Of a stretch of DNA of 64,000 nt, positions 9,436-22,062 are shown piece after piece. The notes under the pieces are model-generated. The model was not told the origin of the DNA. It worked only from the letters and a program-made list of their open reading frames with translations, and ran no database searches. Numbering within the stretch: the stretch's first letter is position 1; every line of letters begins with the position of its first letter. The DNA is taken from NCBI GenBank assembly GCA_964019335.1, contig OZ025685.1, positions 186,001 to 250,000 on the forward strand, in the 5' to 3' direction. This stretch comes from Diplonema japonicum. Its lineage: Eukaryota; Protista; Euglenozoa: Diplonemea. The position numbers and the translations under genes were made by a program.

Positions 9436-12400
9436 ATGTTTGTGCAACTCATTTGCCTGGCAACACTCGCGGGGGCGCCTGGTCCGACTGCGGCGCCATC
9501 GACACAAACACCTGCAACACCTGTACCTGATACTGCTGTACCCACAGCTATGCCAACTCTGGTGCCCGGAACAACCGTCACACCGACGGACGTACCCACT
9601 CTCGTCCCAGGAGCAACAGCAATTCCTACTCCAGCACCAGACACACTATTACCTGCAACAGCACTTCCTACTGCAGTCCCGACTGTTGCACCATCCACTT
9701 CAGCACCAGCCACCCTTGTTCCAGGAACAACAGCAGTTCCTACTCCAGCACCAAACACACAATTACCTGCAACAGCAATTCCTACTGCAGTCCCGACTTC
9801 AGCACCAGACACCCTTGTTCCAGGAGCAACAGCAATTCCTACTCCAGTACCAGACACATTAACACCTGGTGCAACAGCAATTCCTACTTCAGCACCAGTC
9901 ACATTAACACCTGGTGCAACAGCAATTCCTACTGCAGTCCCGACTGCTGCGCCATCGACTTCAGCACCAGACACCCTTGTTCCAGGAACAACAGCAATTC
10001 CTACTTCAGCACCAAACACATTAACACCTGGTGCAACAGCAATTCCTACTTCAGCACCAGTCACATTAACACCTGGTGCAACAGCAATTCCTACTGCAGT
10101 CCCGACTGCTGCGCCATCGACTTCAGCACCAGACACCCTTGTTCCAGGAACAACAGCAATTCCTACTTCAGCACCAAACACATTAACACCTGGTGCAACA
10201 GCAATTCCTACTTCAGCACCAGTCACATTAACACCTGGTGCAACAGCAATTCCTACTGCAGTCCCGACTGCTGCGCCATCGACTTCAGCACCAGACACCC
10301 TTGTTCCAGGAACAACAGCAATTCCTACTTCAGCACCAAACACATTAACACCCGGTTTGACCGCATCCCCAACTGCTATACCTCTCACTTCAGCACCAGT
10401 CACATTAACACCTGGTGCAACTGCGATTCCAACTGCAGTCCCGACTGCTGCGCCATCGACTTCAGCACCAACTACCCTTGTTCCAGGAACAACAGCAATT
10501 CCTACTTCAGCACCAAACACATTAACACCTGGTTTGACCGCATCCCCAACTGCTATACCTCTCACTTCAACACCAAACACATTAACACCTGGAACAACAG
10601 CAGTTCCCACTGGTTCACCACTTACGGCAACACCGACCGCATCCCCAACTGCTATGCCCACCCTTGTCCCTGGAACCACAGCAGTGCCTACAGCACAGCC
10701 TACATCCATGCCCACCCTCGTTCCTGGGTCAACAGCAATGCCCACTTCATCACCCCAAACATTGGCACCTCTCACATCAGCACCAACTTCTGTGCCCACA
10801 TTCTCGCCTATCACTCCGAGACCCGACACTCTGGCACCTGACACGTTGGTACCTACGGCGATGCCTACCCTTGTCCCTGGGACCACTACAGTACCGACTG
10901 CACAACCGACTGCTATCCCCACTCTCGTTCCTGGTGCCACAGCCGTGCCTACTTCAGTACCCTCGACAGTGGCACCAGTGACTTCTATGCCGACTCTCAC
11001 ACCCGGAACCACATCAGTACCTACAACTGCACCCACTTTCCCGCCTCTCACTCCGAGACCCAGCACCCTAGCACCTGACACGCAAGTGCCCGCAACTCTA
11101 ACACCCACTTCTGCGCCCACTTCCGCCCCAGCAACAGCAGTACCAACAGCTGTTCCCACTTTGACACCAGGAACAACAGCGACACCAACAGCTATCCCTA
11201 CAACGGCACCTGCGACTGTTTCGCCACTCACGGCTTCCCCCACCACTTCCGCCCCAGCAACAGCAACACCAACAGCTACTCCGACTGCAGTCCCCACCTC
11301 GGCACCAACAGCTGTTCCCACCTTGACACCAGGAACCACGGCAACACCAACAGCTGTTCCCACAACAGCTCCAGCAACTGTCCCACCACTCACTGCTACT
11401 CCCACTGCAACCCCCACCTCGGCACCAGTGACGGTAGCACCAACAGCCACTCCTACAACGGCACCTGCGACTACTCCGCCACTCACGGCAACTCCCACAA
11501 CAGCCCCAGCAACAGCAACACCAACAGCTGTTCCCACTTTGACACCAGGAACCACGGCAACACCAACAGCTATCCCTACGGCAACACCAACGGCTATCCC
11601 CACGGCGACACCAACGGCTATCCCAACGGCAACACCGACGGCTATCCCCACCTCGGCACCAGCAACGGTAGCACCAACAGCTGTTCCCACTTTGACACCA
11701 GGAACCACGGCAACACCAACGGCCATCCCAACAACGGCACCTGCGACTGTTCCGCCACTCACAGTGGCCCCCACGTCTGCACCCACTTCCGCCCCAGCAA
11801 CAGCAGTACCAACAGCTGTTCCCACTTTGACACCAGGAACCACGGCAACACCAACAGCTGTTCCCACAACAGCTCCAGCAACTGTCCCACCACTCACTGC
11901 TACTCCCACAGCCATCCCCACCTCGGCACCAGTGACAGCAACACCAACAGCTGTTCCCACTTTGACACCAGGAACCACGGCAACACCAACGGCCATCCCA
12001 ACAACGGCACCTGCGACTGTTCCGCCACTCACAGTGGCCCCCACGTCTGCACCCACTTCCGCCCCAGCAACAGCAGTACCAACAGCTGTTCCCACTTTGA
12101 CACCAGGAACCACGGCAGCACCAACAGCTGTTCCCACAACAGCTCCAGCAACTGTCCCACCACTCACTGCTATTCCCACTGCAATCCCCACCTCGGCACC
12201 AGCAACGGTAGCACCAACAGCTGTTCCCACTTTGACACCAGGAACCACGGCAACACCAACAGCCATCCCGACAACGGCACCTGCGACTGTTCCGCCACTC
12301 ACAGTGGCCCCCACGTCTGCACCCACTTCCGCCCCAGCAACAGCAGTACCAACAGCTGTTCCTACCTTGACACCAGGAACCACGGCAGCACCAACAGCTG

Positions 12401-14140
12401 CTCCCACAACAGCTCCAGCAACTGTCCCACCACTCACTGCTACTCCCACAGCCATCCCCACCTCGGCACCAGTGACGGTCGCACCAACAGCCACTCCTAC
12501 AACGGCACCTGCGACTATTCCGCCACTCACGGCAACTCCCACAACAGCCCCAGCAACAGCAACACCAACAGCTGTTCCCACTTTGACACCAGGAACCACG
12601 GCAACACCAACAGCTATCCCTACAACGGCACCTGCGACTGATCCGCCACTCACGGTTTCCCCCACCACTTCCGCCCCAGCAACAGCAACACCAACAGCTA
12701 CTCCGACTGCAATCCCCACCTCGGCACCAGCGACGGTAGCACCAACAGCCACTCCTACAACAGTCCCAGCAACAGCAGTACCAACAGCTGTTCCTACTTT
12801 GACACCAGGAACCACAGCAACACCAACGGCCATCCCGACAACGGCACCTGCGACTGTTCCGCCACTCACAGTGGCCCCCACGTCTGCACCCACTTCCGCC
12901 CCAGCAACAGCAGTACCAACAGCTGTTCCCACTTTGACACCAGGAACCACGGCAACACCAACAGCTGTTCCCACAACAGCTCCAGCAACTGTCCCACCAC
13001 TCACTGCTACTCCCACAGCCATCCCCACCTCGGCACCAGCAACGGTAGCACCAACAGCTGTTCCCACTTTGACACCAGGAACCACGGCAACACCAACAGC
13101 CATCCCGACAACGGCACCTGCGACTGTTTCGCCACTCACAGTGACCCCCACGTCTGCACCCACTTCCGCCCCAGCAACAGCAGTACCAACAGCTGTTCCC
13201 ACTTTGACACCAGGAACCACGGCAGCACCAACAGCTACCCCCACCACAGCTCCAGCAACAGCAATTCCAACAGCTTCACCCACGACAGTGGCCCCGCCTA
13301 CAGTGACTCCTACGAAGGCACCCACAGCCATTCCCACTGCTACTCCAACTACCGCCCCTGCGACTTTGGTGCCTGGCGACACGGCGATGCCAACATCTGC
13401 GCCTGCCACTTTGACACCCGGGGATACGGCAGTGCCCACGACGGCCCCCTCGACCGTGGCACCGTCCACGAACCCTCCTGTTACTGTGTCACCTCCCACA
13501 TTGACTCCAGGGGACACGGCCCAGCCCACTGCAGCAGTGACAACGGTGCCCGACGTGGTTCCCAGTACCTTGGTGCCAGGAGCAACTGCCCAACCGACAG
13601 CGGTCCCGGCCACCTTGGTGCCAGGGACTACAGCAGAGCCAACGGGGGTCCCTAAAACGCCTGCTCCGGAGACACCACTCCCTTTGGGCTCGACTTATGT
13701 ACCAGAGACTAAAGCTCCTGATACTCAAGCACCTACCACAGGAATCCCAGCTACTTTGATGCCTGGCTCCACTTATGCACCTGCAACGCCTGCACCTGTG
13801 ACATTGATACCAGGTGGTACTGTGGCACCGCAGACTGGTTCGCCTTCTGGTGTCACCAGTGTACCTACGGCAGCACCAGGAGACGATGGGGGGCTTTCTA
13901 CGGGTGCTCTTATTGGTATCATTGCTGGGTCCGTTGTGGTGTGCCTGCTCATCGCTGGTGCCGCTTACTGGAAGTTGAGCAGCAGTGGAGCCGACTCAGC
14001 TATGAAGTATAAGCAACAGATAGAGTTGTTGGTATGCTATTCACACTTTCTTCTTCTTTCTGTCTCCACACTCACCGCAGACGAATACGTATGAAGATGA
14101 AATGATGATGGAGGACACAGACGATGTTATGGCTCTGTAA
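9436..14140 (+). CDS. Pro/Thr/Ala-rich mucin-like type I membrane protein; exons 9436-14031, 14081-14140
   Basis: Signal peptide MFVQLICLATLAG, about 1450 aa of PTA(V/I)PTLTPG repeats, TM ALIGIIAGSVVVCLLIAGAAYW; intron GTATGC..CAG gives an acidic tail TNTYEDEMMMEDTDDVMAL*. Confidence 0.9.
9840..13260 (+). repeat. Coding minisatellite array within the mucin gene
   Basis: Near-perfect 162-bp (54-aa) units (equivalent positions 9961, 10123, 10285), then a mosaic of PTAVPTLTPGTTATPTA(I/V)PTTAPATVPPLT units. Confidence 0.9.
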
Positions 14141-14601
14141 AAGCAGGGGGGGGGGGGGGGGGGGGGGGCAGTGCTGACAGCATTCCCTCCTTGAAAACTC
14201 TGAACATTTTATAGAAATGAAATCAAATAAAAGGGGGGGGAGGGGGGGCAAAATAAATCAAATGTAGACAATTTTTAGCAATCATTTTTTTTTTTTTTCT
14301 CCTTTTTTTTTTAAATACCCATTTCGCATTTGAAAGAGAGAAAAAAAAAGTTTTTTTTTGTTTTGCATTCTGGGTTGAAAAGAATCTCGATCTAGCAACA
14401 CGATAGGCTTCCCGCTGTTTTCTTTACCCCCTCTCCTCTTTTTTCCCTTCGCTCCGCTTGTCCCTTCGGTTGGACAACAAACATTTTGTGTGTTGATTTT
14501 TTGTAGTTCGCCGTTTATAGGAAAAAGAAGAAAACCAAAAAAAAAAAGGTATTTTTTCACTCGGCTTCCTTGTTGCTCGTACAAGCGCGCCAAGTCTTTG
14601 A

Positions 14602-14635
<34 letters not shown>

Positions 14636-14749
14636 TGTAAGAATTACGGTTTTCTTCACATCAACAAAAAAAAAGCCATTCCCGGCGATAAACGTTTGAA
14701 CGGAAAAAGAAAAAGAAAAGAAATGAAAAAGATCTTTTTTTCTCGTCAT

Positions 14750-14794
<45 letters not shown>

Positions 14795-14875
14795 GTTTTC
14801 TTTTCCTCCATTGGCCAATCCGTGCAATCATAATTTTCTTTTTCTTCTTCAAGCAGGCCCAGGACACACTGCACG

Positions 14876-14911
<36 letters not shown>

Positions 14912-15119
14912 AGAAGTACAAAAAAAATAGTCTCATTCTCACGCAATACTTGCCCTAAAAGTTTGTACCTTGTGCACAAACGAAAAAAAAAAAAAAAAAA
15001 AAAAAAAGAATGGCTATCGCACCCCAGCTCGGTCTCTTCTTTTTTTCTCTCATGTGTCTCCAATCCACCTCATCCCCTCTTTTCCCCTCCGTTATATAAC
15101 AGGATTTGCGGAGAGACGA

Positions 15120-15155
<36 letters not shown>

Positions 15156-15849
15156 CCCTTCTTCTTTTTTGTGAATGGAAAAATGGGTCCAAAGGGAGAG
15201 GAAAAAAAAAAGAGATAATGAGAGAATCTCTCACTCTTTTGCTTTCTTTTTTTTTTTCCAATAGCTAATAATAGACCATCTGGTTTAAAAGTAATGACCA
15301 AAACTTGTATTTTTTTTTTTTTGATGCGCTTAGTAAGGATTTCTTTCTGCGGGTTTTTTGTTTTTCTTTAGCTCCCCCCCCCCCCCCCCCCCCCCCTTAC
15401 TCGAGCGAACAACCAAAATGATAAGGTTTACCATATTATTTGCATTTACCAAGTGCACAAAAAAAAGAAAAAAAAGAGGGAAAAAAAAAAAGAAAAGACA
15501 GCATATGGCACATCGTGCACAAACAATATATTGATAATGAATTGTTATTGCTAAAAAGAGCAGTGGTAGCATTGTTGGGCTTATCCTTCTACAGGTTAAC
15601 CCCGGCTGTGCACAAACAACCGACTCTTTTTTCTTCTTTTTTGTCTGTGGCGAGGTGGCCCGCTGCACAGGTACACCACCACCACCCCACATCCATGTAT
15701 TCTTATGGTGCACCTTGGAACCCAGGAGCCATTGACTTTCCGACACTTCGACGTTTTAAAAAAAAAAAAAAAAGGTCGCACCCCACCTCACCCAATCTAC
15801 TGTCGTTTCTTTCCATTTTTTTTTTTTTTTCTCTGTTTCTTCTTCATCT

Positions 15850-15885
<36 letters not shown>

Positions 15886-15952
15886 TCCGTGCGACAAAGA
15901 AGGAAAAGAAGAAAAAAAAAAAAACTCTCCTCCCAAGGGAAAAAAAAAAAAA

Positions 15953-16762
15953 ATGACAACAAAGCAAGCAACACCCTTCGCCCTGGCGGTAGGTTTGGCA
16001 AGCATGGTGGCTTGCGGTTGGGCCGCGCATAAATGCGTGAAAAAAGGGAGATCGCAAAAGAAATTGAGGTTGATGATACACGGTGTGCAGAAGAGACAGA
16101 ACATAGGTTCTATGCTGCGGGTGGCGGTTGCCATGGGGGTCGAAGAGGTGGTGCTGGTGGGCAAGAACGACCGAAAGGACTTCGCAACCTTCGGTGCGCA
16201 CGGAACGCAAAAACACGCAAATTTCTCCCACCATGCGACGCTCTCCGACGCGAAAAAATACCTTTCAGACTGTGGGTTCGATCTCGTCGGAGTCGAGATT
16301 ATCGAAAACGCAAAGAACGTCGCGTGGTACTGGGCACTACCCTTCTCCTTCGGCATCACTCTCCACCCATGGAAGTCCAACCATATCTGCATTGTCATGG
16401 GCAATGAAGGTCATGGCCTTCACGACTCTATAAAAGCTATTTGCGACTGGTACGTGTACATCCCTCAGTACAGCCAGGGTACTGCCAGTCTCAATGTTTG
16501 CACTGCAGCAGCGGTGGTTCTATCCCATTTCGCCCTGTGGCGGGGCCACAGCGAGGCCAAGCGGGAGGGAGAAAAATTCGTCGTGGAAACCCCACCGACT
16601 GACAGAGAAAAGTACGAGACCGCAGACCCTTCTGCGTTTGACTCGCTGCGAAAAGAACGAGCGGTATGGGGGGGGGGGGGGGGGGGGGAGAAAGAAAAAA
16701 AGGCAAAAGCCGCGCTTGCTGCAGAAGAGCAAGACGACTGTGACGATGTTTTTGATGAATGA
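15953..16762 (+). CDS. SpoU/TrmH family RNA 2'-O-methyltransferase with N-terminal hydrophobic segment; probable intron 16664-16702
   Basis: SPOUT motifs KRQNIGSMLRVA, IVMGNEGHGL, VYIPQYSQGTASLNVCTAA. Confidence 0.9.
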   Translation: MTTKQATPFALAVGLASMVACGWAAHKCVKKGRSQKKLRLMIHGVQKRQNIGSMLRVAVAMGVEEVVLVGKNDRKDFATFGAHGTQKHANFSHHATLSDAKKYLSDCGFDLVGVEIIENAKNVAWYWALPFSFGITLHPWKSNHICIVMGNEGHGLHDSIKAICDWYVYIPQYSQGTASLNVCTAAAVVLSHFALWRGHSEAKREGEKFVVETPPTDREKYETADPSAFDSLRKERAVWGGGGGGEKEKKAKAALAAEEQDDCDDVFDE

Positions 16763-16862
16763 AAAAAAAAAAAAAAAAAAAAAAAAGTACTAACCTTCAA
16801 TTTTTTTCTTCTTCTTTTTTTTTTCCCCTTCAGATCACCAGTGACACTCTTTTATCTATTTT

Positions 16863-16917
<55 letters not shown>

Positions 16918-16937
16918 CACCTCAAGCAACCAGGCCA

Positions 16938-19813
16938 ATGGAATGCAAGATCCATCTCCATGAGCTGGTTTCTCTTACACAAGCCATCCCGGAGTTGAAC
17001 GAAAACCCGGGGCTGTCCTTCAACAAAGTCTCGTTCGATTGCGAGAAATATGTACTGGCGAGATGCAAGGGCGCTGAGGGGAAGGGAGGAAGCCTGAAAA
17101 TCATAAACCTAGAGAAACCGACAGAAGTGGCGTCTTTGGGAATGACAGCAGACTCGGCAATCTTAGTGAATGAGGACAAGAAGGTCCTCCTCGCTGTCAG
17201 ACAAGAAGCGCAGGACTCAAAACTGATAACAAAACTACAAGTGTATAATATGCAAGAAAAAAACAAAATGCTGGACCTAAAAGTGGAAACAAAGATCTCC
17301 TACTGGAAATGGATCGACACCACCACCATCGTGATAGTGTCCCCAGACGCAGTCTGGGGGCTCACCATAAAAACCGGGGAGATCGTGAAATGGCACGACA
17401 TAAAGGACGAATTAAAACCGTTAAAAATATGGAACTTCACAGCCGATTCCTCCCGTTCGTGCATGCTGCTGATGGGCATCGGTCAAAGCCCCGACGGGGG
17501 TCTTGTTGGAAAAATTCAATGCCAACGGAAAGGGATCCCAAACGGGAAAATCCTACCCGCCTTCACAGCCACCCCTACAGCCCACCACATAATGTACGCA
17601 GAACATGGAAAACTAACACTTTACAACACAACTGTAACATCTCTTCAAAACCGGCCTCCTCCAGTAACGGCTGCCTTGTCACTACCAAGCACAGATTTCC
17701 CATTTTCTATTATGTCGTTCAAATCGGACATGCTTATCATTGTCGTCTCGAAAGAAGGCTGGGTGCACGGGTTCGAACGCGAACCAAGCGGGAGCTTGAA
17801 ACCGTTCGCGCGGTTCAACGTGGTTAAGGACGGGAAGAGCACCGTAGTGAAAACAGTTAAGACGTCGGATTCGATCCCGGAGTTCATGTTCATGTCCTCG
17901 TCTAGTGTTATATACAAAGTGGCCGTTCAAGTCTCCGAACATGTTGACAAGCAACCACAATCGCCCCTTCAACCACAATCACCCCTTCAACCCTCCACCT
18001 CTTCCCGTTACACAGTCATCAGGAAGCTTGGACAAGGCGGTCAAGGTGAAGTCTTTCTTGTAAACCTGTCCATCAGCAAAGGTCGAACCCGAGGCTCGAA
18101 CCCGGTCATCACAACTGCCGCATTGAAACGAATACCCTGCAAAACCCTTGAAGCTGCAAACTTCGCACTTGAAGAGGTCAAAGCTCTCCACGAGTTCCGT
18201 TCGCATCCGGGTATAGTCGGTATTTTAGATTTTTTCCTGGAGGAAGACAGGCTATCTGGTGTGCCGTATGTCGTTTGCATAGCTTGCGAGTTCTGTCCCA
18301 GCGGGGATGTTGGTGCATATATTGAACAGAACAACGGTTTCGGGTCCTGGTCGCGGTTGCTTTCTTGGGCGGTGTCCATAAGCAAAGCTTTGCAGGCGCT
18401 CCATGAGGCCAACATCATCCACAGAGACTTGAAACCGGGCAATCTCTTCCTGACCGAAGACGGGTCGGTGAAAATAGGCGACTTCGGCCTTGCCAGGGTG
18501 GACGACTCCCTTGCGATGACACAGTGTGGCACACCTATGTTCCTGGCGCCTGAAATATTGGCGCAGAGTTCTTACGGGAGTGCTGTGGACATGTATGTTG
18601 TTTTTTTTTTATTTTATTTTATTTAACTCCACCAAAATTTTCATGGGTGGGAGTGAAAATAAGAATTCACTTTATTTCACTCCTGACTTTATTTTCACGC
18701 TCCGGCTTCTAAAAGAAATTAGGCCCAGGAGTGAAAAAATTCTGATAGCGTTAAAATAAGAAATATTATTTCACTCCTGGGCCTAATTTAAGCAAAACTC
18801 TCCAAAAATTCCTACCAAGGTTCCTTTGGGATGGGCAAGAACCCGACTGCACAAGAGGCGGACGCAGCAGGGTTCACCCCCTTCCAAGAGTCATACGAAA
18901 AGGAGTGGGCACGCTTTTGTGTGTTTCATAATTATAGGAAGGAAAAGAAGGGCCCGTCCGAAAGAAGAGGATTCTATTCTCTATTTCAGCGACATGAACA
19001 AGCAAGGCCTGCTGCCAGTTCAGTCCGGACGGCTTATTCAAGGCTAAACTCGGTTGTGAAGAGGAAGTACAACAAGCAGTTGCACGACCACCCCCGACTA
19101 GGTCGCCCTCAAGAGGTTCCAAGAAGGCAAGTCAACAAAAAAGGCGAACATCTTTGCCCAAGAGCAAATAACAGAATTCTTTAGCACCGAGGTATGGCAT
19201 CGTCCGCCACGCTTATGCAGCGTTGATGTTCGCAGGAAACATGTGCACTACCGAGGCACATATCCGACACCTGTTGTAATTGGTACCACCTGTACCTCCC
19301 ACCCACTCAAATTTTGCTGTCGTTAAATAAAATATCTTATTTGTGAATATAAGATTGATGATTTCACTTGTGGTGGCAGTTTTGACTCGTTAAACGTTAT
19401 AACACTCGCTTCGCTCGTGATATAACCGTCATTACTCGTCAAAACCACTGCCACCACGCGTGAAATCATAGGATCTTATATTCACTAAATAAATAGTTAT
19501 TATTATTTTATTTTTTTTATTGTTTTTGAACTCATTTCTAGGTGGTCTTTGGGGTGCCTGCTCTACTACCTCATCTTCCGAAAACCCCGGGCTCTTAATT
19601 ATCAAATGCAGTCAAACCCCAATTTGCGGTTCGAGGTATGGAGAAAAAAAAAGAAAAGAAAAGAAAAAAAATGGCAAAATCCAGATAAAAGCAGAGCTGG
19701 ATTTAGCCAGGTGTCCCCCACAACTCGTGTCCGTGATTACGTCCCTCATAAGGACGAGCCCTAAGGAACGGCCAACGGCTCAGCAGGTGGTTGAGATGCT
19801 GCAAGTTTCATGA
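16938..19813 (+). CDS. Clathrin heavy chain terminal-domain (beta-propeller)-like region fused to a NEK-like Ser/Thr kinase; exons 16938-18592, 19542-19635, 19685-19813
   Basis: Kinase motifs GQGGQG, ALK, HRDLKPGN, DFG, GTPMFLAPE; splicing restores DMWSLGCLLY and SPKERPTA. The N-terminal ~330 aa are collinear with the clathrin TD (ADSAIL, LQVYN, YWKWI, DFP..IVVSKEGWVH). Confidence 0.88.
18620..19495 (+). mobile_element. Degenerate Crypton-like (tyrosine-recombinase) element in kinase intron 1
   Basis: Frameshifted YEKEWARF..EEDSILYF..SSVRTAYSRLNSV..PRL..LKRFQEGKSTKKANIF..EQITEFF resembles the CryptonI N-terminus; several inverted repeats; long 3' hairpin 19343-19484 centred on CACTCGCTTCGCTCGTG. 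Ends approximate. Confidence 0.7.
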
Positions 19814-19991
19814 AGAGCAAAAAAAAGAAAAAGAAGAAACTTTAAAGATCTCTAGCTCCCCCCATATATTAAAAAGAAAGAAGAAAAAAAAAAAAGAAAA
19901 CCATTACCCCGGCACCTTTATTGTCGGCTCTTCTCCCCCTTTTTTTTGTTTGCTTTTTCTGTTTATGTTTTTTTTTTTTTTTTTTTTTTTT

Positions 19992-22062
19992 GCCTCGACC
20001 GAACCCCGCGGGAAGTGGCGCTCGGGCTAATGGGGGACCTGGGACTGCATCAGAACATACTGCGCCCTCTGGAGACGATGTACGAATCCCTCAGACGGAG
20101 GTTCAAGTACCCGACAGGGGTGGGTGACGAATTTGCTACGTCGAACGGCATCCTGCAGGGGTGCCCGATCTCGGTGGTGATGGCGAACGCGCTGGTAGGG
20201 GTGATGGTGAAGGCCATCATGGCGGAGGTGCCCGGCGCTGATTCCCTGTCATACGCGGACGACGTCTACTTGATAGCAGCTCTGCTCAGCGCCCTGGAGA
20301 AGGCGGCAGCGGGGGTGTGCGAGTTCTCTCTGCTGACAGGGATGAACCTCAACCTGAGGAAGACAGACCTGTTCACAACGGCAGAACACGGAACGGTGAA
20401 GTGCGGACGTGAGGTGTTCACGGCCAAAAAGGAGATCAACGTCCTGGGAGTCCGGGTATGTATGGACGGCGAGCACAGGGCGAAGCCCCTTGAGGCGATG
20501 GGACGCGCTTGCGGGAGACTGGCCGCCATGCCGCTGGGGTTCACACAGAAGGCGAGGATCCTCACCAGCTCCATTCTCCCCTCCTGCCTCCACGGTGTTG
20601 CCTATGCACCCCCCTCGAAAATGGATGCGGGTACAATCCGAGCGAGTGTTGCGACGTGCCTCTGGGGACCGAAGTTCAAGATGCGCTCGCCGTGTGCTGT
20701 TGCGAACGTCTTGCTGCCAGGGCACACGACGGACCCGCTGGTGGTGACACTTTACCGACTGCTGTGCACAGTGGTGAAGGTAGGCGGGTCGGATACGGAG
20801 CTGTGGGACCGGATGGGGAGGTGTGCCGCCCTGTACCGGGAGTGCGATATTGAAGCCCTGGGGCCAGTGGGGACCCTGATGAGAAGATGGCTGCCGGCGA
20901 TCGGGAAAGGCTGGAATTTCGTGGTGGGGCTGGGTGCCATGCCGGAACGCGAGCGCAAGCACGAGATCCGGCGGGTGGCGAGGGCCATGACGGCAGCCGA
21001 GCTAGCAGAAGGGAGGGACTCCTACGACGGCATGCCGGAGGGAGCCGACCCGGACACGAACGTGTGGTGGAGGTCACTCTCGGGCAACCCAGTGGCGGCG
21101 TACCGACTGAGGAGGCTGATTGCAGGAGCGGTGTTTGCGGTCTACCCGGGAGCGCGGGGCGTGGCGCAGGAACCGAACAACCCGCTGCAGCACCTCTGCG
21201 ACGTGTGTGAGGAACGGTTCGGCAGCTACACGGAGGTGCTGGAGCACGCCCTCTGGCGATGCGAGCCGGGTGTCGCGGTGCGGAGCAAGGTGGAGTACGC
21301 GAACCTGGACCCGGCAGCTATGCCGAAGGCGACGAGGCTCCATGGGGTGGTGCCCAGAGGCTGCCAAGACAAGCCAAGGGCCTTACTGGTGCAGAAGTAC
21401 CTGCTGGAGGTAGTCACGCGGAGGGATGCAGCGGTGGAAGCGAACCGCGCACTGCAGACACAAGCTTACCCGTGGCGGGCGGTCGTGACGGGGAGGGCGC
21501 ACCCGACGCCGACGGTGTCTGAACTACGAAGGCTGGGGGCGTCAGGAACAGTGATGGACAAGCTGCTGAGGCCGGTGCTGAGGTGGTTGGGAGGCCTGCT
21601 GTGGGATGACGCGCCTGGTCGGCACACGGCGGTGACGACGTTAGAGCTGGCCCTCGACTTCGAGCGGGAGATGGAGCTGCCGCTGGACGACGGCGGGGAA
21701 GTGGGCAAGGTGGAGGACCTGGGCGTCAAGGCAAGGAGGCTGAGGTATGTGCTGAGACGAGTCCAGGACCTGTACCACGCTGATGGCAGAGGGGTAGCGT
21801 TCCCAGCGGCGCGAGTGGAGCGCGTCAACTCCCTACGCTGTATCGGAGGACCGACCACACACGGGTATGACAGGAGGCCAGTACTCCCGGAACGAACCAT
21901 GAGTAGCATCGAAGGCTTGCGGGACAGGTACCTGTCGCAGACACCGACAAGGCTGCCCCGCAGCATGACCACCGCAGTAGGAACCCGCCAGAGCCCCCAG
22001 AACGGGGACAACGGGGACTAAGCGCAGCGCGGCCGGTGAGCGCAAAAACGCATACCTTAAAA
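19992..22062 (+). mobile_element. 5'-truncated non-LTR retrotransposon (RT C-terminal half, CCHC-like knuckle, unknown C-terminal domain); ORF ends 22021
   Basis: GILQGCPIS, SYADD, LNLRKT, VLGV; CDVC..HALWRC; GC-rich block that starts abruptly mid-RT after a poly(T) tract. Confidence 0.88.

Noticed and set aside
9312-13613. 1433-aa minus-strand ORF
   Set aside because: Antisense shadow of the Pro/Thr/Ala repeat gene; the + frame has the signal peptide and TM.
14282-15301. Poly-Lys/poly-Phe ORFs here and in other spacers
   Set aside because: Translations of A/T homopolymer tracts with no coding signal.
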